Shown: positions 47,501 through 49,786 of the stretch, in pieces
Numbering within the stretch: position 1 is the first letter of the stretch
Layout: each line of letters opens with the position of its first letter
Origin: Macrostomum lignano
Lineage: Eukaryota
Assembly: GCA_002269645.1 (NCBI GenBank)
Contig: NIVC01003060.1
Coordinates: forward strand, 1 to 49,786
Direction: 5' to 3'
Length of the DNA stretch: 49,786 bases
Notes under the pieces: model-generated
The model's input: the letters and a program-made list of their open reading frames with translations, nothing else
Told to the model about the DNA's origin: nothing
The model's database searches: none
Program-made: the position numbers and the translations under genes

Positions 47501-49786
47501 ATCGGGCACAAGATTCTGCTCAATTTCACCGCCTTTGATATCGAAGGACGCGATGTGAGTTTGGCCCGGCCACCGAGCTCTGGTCACGTGACGCACCTGC
47601 TCTCATTAATCTCATCCCTTGCCCGGTCACCGAGCTCCAGTCACGTGACGCACCTGCTCTCATTAATCTCATCCCTGCCCGGTCACCAAGCTCCGGTCAT
47701 GTGACGCACCTGCTCTCATTAATCTCATCCCCTGCCTGGGCACCGAGCTCCGGTCACGTGACGCACCTTCTCTCATTAATCTCATCCCCTGCCCGGCCAC
47801 CGAGCTCCGGTCACGTGACGCACCTGCTCTCATTAATCTCATCCCCTGCCCGGCCACCGAGCTCCGGTCACGTGACGCACCTGCTCTCATTAATCCATCG
47901 CCGGCCCGCAGAGGTGCGAATACGACTACCTGGACATCTTCGACGGTGTCGACGAGGCCACCTCGAAACGAATCGGCAGATACTGCGGCGACCAGCCTCC
48001 CGAGTCCATCACCTCGGAGAATAATACGATGAAGATCAGCTTCATCTCTGACGGCACTGTGAGCTCGCGAAGATGCTTGCGTTTATTCTCTGCACCCGCA
48101 TATAAACACATGCTCTTGTGTTTATCTAAAATATTCATGCGTTTATCTGAAATGTTCTTGTGTTTATGCTTGATTAGTGCACAACTTTTCCCTTATCAAC
48201 TACTTCAACCGACTGCATTCCATCCCCTCTACCTCCCTCTCCCCACTGCATCCGCCCCTCTCCCCACTGCATTCGCCCATCTCCCTACTCCATCCGCCCC
48301 TGTCTCACTCCATCACCCCCTTCTCCATCCGCCCTTCTCCACCCGCCCCCTTCTCCATCCGCCCCTTCTCCATCCGCCCCTTCTCCATCCGCCCCCTTCT
48401 CCATCGCCCCCCTTCTTCCATCCGCCCTCTCCCCACTGCATCGCCCCTCTCCCACCTGCATTCCGCCCCTCTCCCACTGCATCCGCCCTCTCCCTACTCC
48501 ATCCGCCCCTGTCTTCACTCATCCGCCCCGCTTCTCCATCCGCCCTCTCGCTACAGCATCCGCCCATCTTCCCACTCCATCCGCCGCTCTCCCCACTCCG
48601 CACCCGTGGACGCCGTCCCCGCCCGCAGGTGTCTAAGGGCGGTTCTCGCCAGCTTCATGGTGGACCGGGACGAGTGCGCCATGATGAACGGCGGCTGCGA
48701 CCAGCTGTGCAAGAACACCATCGGCCTCCTACGTGTGCGCCTGCCACAGCGGCTACGTGCTGTACGGCAACACCAGTGCAAGGAGGGGGCTGCAAGCACC
48801 GAATCACCCGGCTGAGCGGCGAGTTCTCCAGCCCCAACTATCCCCGCAGGTACCCGCTGGAAAAGCGTGCAGCTGGAACTTCCTCACCACGCCGGGGCAC
48901 CGCATCAAACTGTATGAGCAGAGCATGGCTACTCTGAGTAGGGAGCTGGGATCACAGTTACAAGTCCTTCGAGATCCTCTTCTCCCATCCCCAGGTGTTA
49001 AAGCACTTCGAGTTCCCCTCCTCCCACCCCCAGGTGCTCAAGCACTTCAAGATCCCATCCTCCCACCCCCAGGTTTCAAGCACTTCGAGATCCCCTCCTC
49101 TCATCCCCAGGTGTTCAAGCACTTTGAAATCGAGCGCCATCCAGACTGCGCCTACGACCACGTGGAGATCCGCGACGGTCCCGATGCCACCTCGGAGCGA
49201 ATCGGAGTCTTCTGCGGCGACGCGATGCCGCCGACTCCGGTGATCAGCACCGGCAACTCGATGTTTGTGGGGCTTCGTCAGCGACTCCTCGCTGCAGCGA
49301 AGGGCTTCAATGCGGATCACTCTTCAAGTGAGGAGCGCAGTTTGGATAAACTACTATAAGTAGCGTTCTAGCAATTTCTCATATTTACTCTAAAAGTCTA
49401 AACACCTTACGGCTGTGTACAGGCGATTGCCTGACCCCGATTAGAAAGTCAGGGCCTCCCCCAACCACATCTGTCACTCAACAGTCTGCGGCGGGCAGCT
49501 GATCGCCTCGTCGCGAACGCGAGCTTCTACAGCCACGCCGGCTTCGGGACAAGGACTACGGGACCAGGGAGAATTGCAACTGGACCCTCACCACCTCCAA
49601 TCCGAGGAGGTGATCGTGCTCAACATGGAGACATTTGAGCTGGAGAGCGAAATCGAGTGCGGGTGAGTTGACCGCGTTCTGATCTCGAACGCGTGGGAAG
49701 TTTTTTCCCAGATTGGGATTGGGGAACTCACTACCTTCCCCGCCGCTCCGGCCAACCCGCACTACGACTACGTGGACATCTTCGAT
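35504..49786 (+). CDS. tld/BMP1: Tolloid/BMP1 astacin metalloprotease, long form (pro-protease-CUB1-CUB2-EGF1-CUB3-EGF2-CUB4-CUB5), 3' incomplete; exons 35504-35660, 37545-38072, 39475-39771, 41501-41748, 44233-44461, 44903-45018, 45734-45879, 46661-46856, 47259-47554, 47912-48058, 48629-48912, 49111-49327, 49485-49662, ~49762-end
   Basis: Prodomain motif [18 protein letters not shown], furin site RFKR|[17 protein letters not shown], zinc motif [13 protein letters not shown], Met-turn SIMHY, and CUB and cbEGF cysteine patterns in canonical order with phase-compatible GT-AG introns. About a dozen small indels from 44903 onward break the frame in this assembly. The start ATG at 35504 is tentative because an acceptor at 35472 precedes it. 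Confidence 0.93.
35657..36027. repeat. 22-bp minisatellite whose unit contains the exon-1 splice donor (GCTG|GTGAGTGACTCGGGTGAG)
   Basis: GT positions at 35661, 35683, 35705, 35727, 35749 and 35771, then degenerate CCG|GTGAGTGA copies. Confidence 0.93.
36432..37440. repeat. ~23-27-bp minisatellite (CACAAACTACAGCCTCCTAAACA), tolloid intron 1
   Basis: About 40 tandem copies with length variants. Confidence 0.95.
38140..38483. repeat. 21-bp minisatellite (GTTTATCTCAGTCTGTTCCCT)
   Basis: About 16 copies in tolloid intron 2. Confidence 0.93.
38850..39455. repeat. Compound repeat: 14-bp unit CTGCCTGTCCATCT followed by a (TCAG)n microsatellite
   Basis: 14-mer at ~38850-39278 (the reverse complement of the unit at 29573-29772); (TCAG)n at ~39277-39455. 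Confidence 0.95.
39766..40092. repeat. 41-bp minisatellite whose unit contains the exon-3 splice donor (GGAGA|GTGAGTC...)
   Basis: GT positions at 39772, 39813, 39854, 39895, 39936, 39977, 40018 and 40059. Confidence 0.95.
40505..41410. repeat. 33-bp minisatellite (GACAGAATAGTGCTGACACAAATGTAGCTTATT)
   Basis: About 27 tandem copies. Confidence 0.95.
41898..44112. repeat. 19-bp satellite (GAGGCACAGCTCAGAGAGT), ~115 copies, tolloid intron 4
   Basis: Tandem array with internal variant blocks. Confidence 0.97.
44485..44810. repeat. 44-bp minisatellite (GTGTGAACAGGCGTGAAGGATCCCCAGTGACTCACTAGTTGCTA)
   Basis: About 7-8 copies with a 44-bp period. Confidence 0.92.
45031..45530. repeat. 21-bp minisatellite (TTGCAATCTGACAGTGTATCA)
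   Basis: About 24 copies. Confidence 0.95.
46007..46620. repeat. Pentamer array (AGGTC/AGATC)n
   Basis: Directly visible. Confidence 0.95.
46915..47255. repeat. 15-bp minisatellite (CAATTCACCCTACCC)
   Basis: About 22 copies running up to the acceptor at 47258. Confidence 0.93.
47565..47895. repeat. 57-bp minisatellite containing the palindrome GTCACGTGAC
   Basis: Six copies, with the palindrome at 47583, 47640, 47696 (variant), 47753, 47810 and 47867. Confidence 0.93.
48200..48610. repeat. C-rich degenerate repeat (CATCCGCCCCCTTCTC)
   Basis: Tandem 15-17-bp variants. Confidence 0.88.
48955..49130. repeat. ~39-bp repeat whose unit contains the exon-12 splice acceptor (CCCCAG|GTGTTCAAGCACTTCGAGATC)
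   Basis: AG at 48956-57 (degenerate), 48993-94, 49032-33, 49071-72 and 49109-10. Confidence 0.9.

Noticed and set aside
44903-49786. Calling tolloid a pseudogene
   Set aside because: Catalytic motifs, cysteines and 5' exons are intact, and the indel pattern fits uncorrected long-read error.

Overview
Eukaryotic genomic DNA from an animal. The GC-rich exons, GT(GAG)-AG introns filled with minisatellites and frequent G/C homopolymers suggest a macrostomid flatworm such as Macrostomum, but that is inference from composition only. From 5' to 3': (1) a ~5.5-kb AT-rich block of nested DNA transposons, including a 1.5-kb TIR element with a 4-bp AAAT duplication, a foldback-like element and a full-length mariner whose second catalytic Asp is replaced by Asn; (2) two exons of a Ly6/three-finger GPI-anchored gene resembling Drosophila coiled; (3) a Tbx2/3 (omb-type) T-box gene, 10563-23962, with an internal ~1.2-kb tandem duplication of two exons; (4) a small minus-strand two-TM ORF; (5) a long-form tolloid/BMP1 astacin metalloprotease gene from ~35.5 kb, running off the window end, with indels in its 3' exons that look like long-read errors. 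Most introns carry their own private minisatellite. In three cases the repeat unit is a copy of the neighbouring splice site, giving arrays of decoy donors or acceptors. All motif matches and counts were made by eye, with no database searches. Repeat boundaries are approximate.
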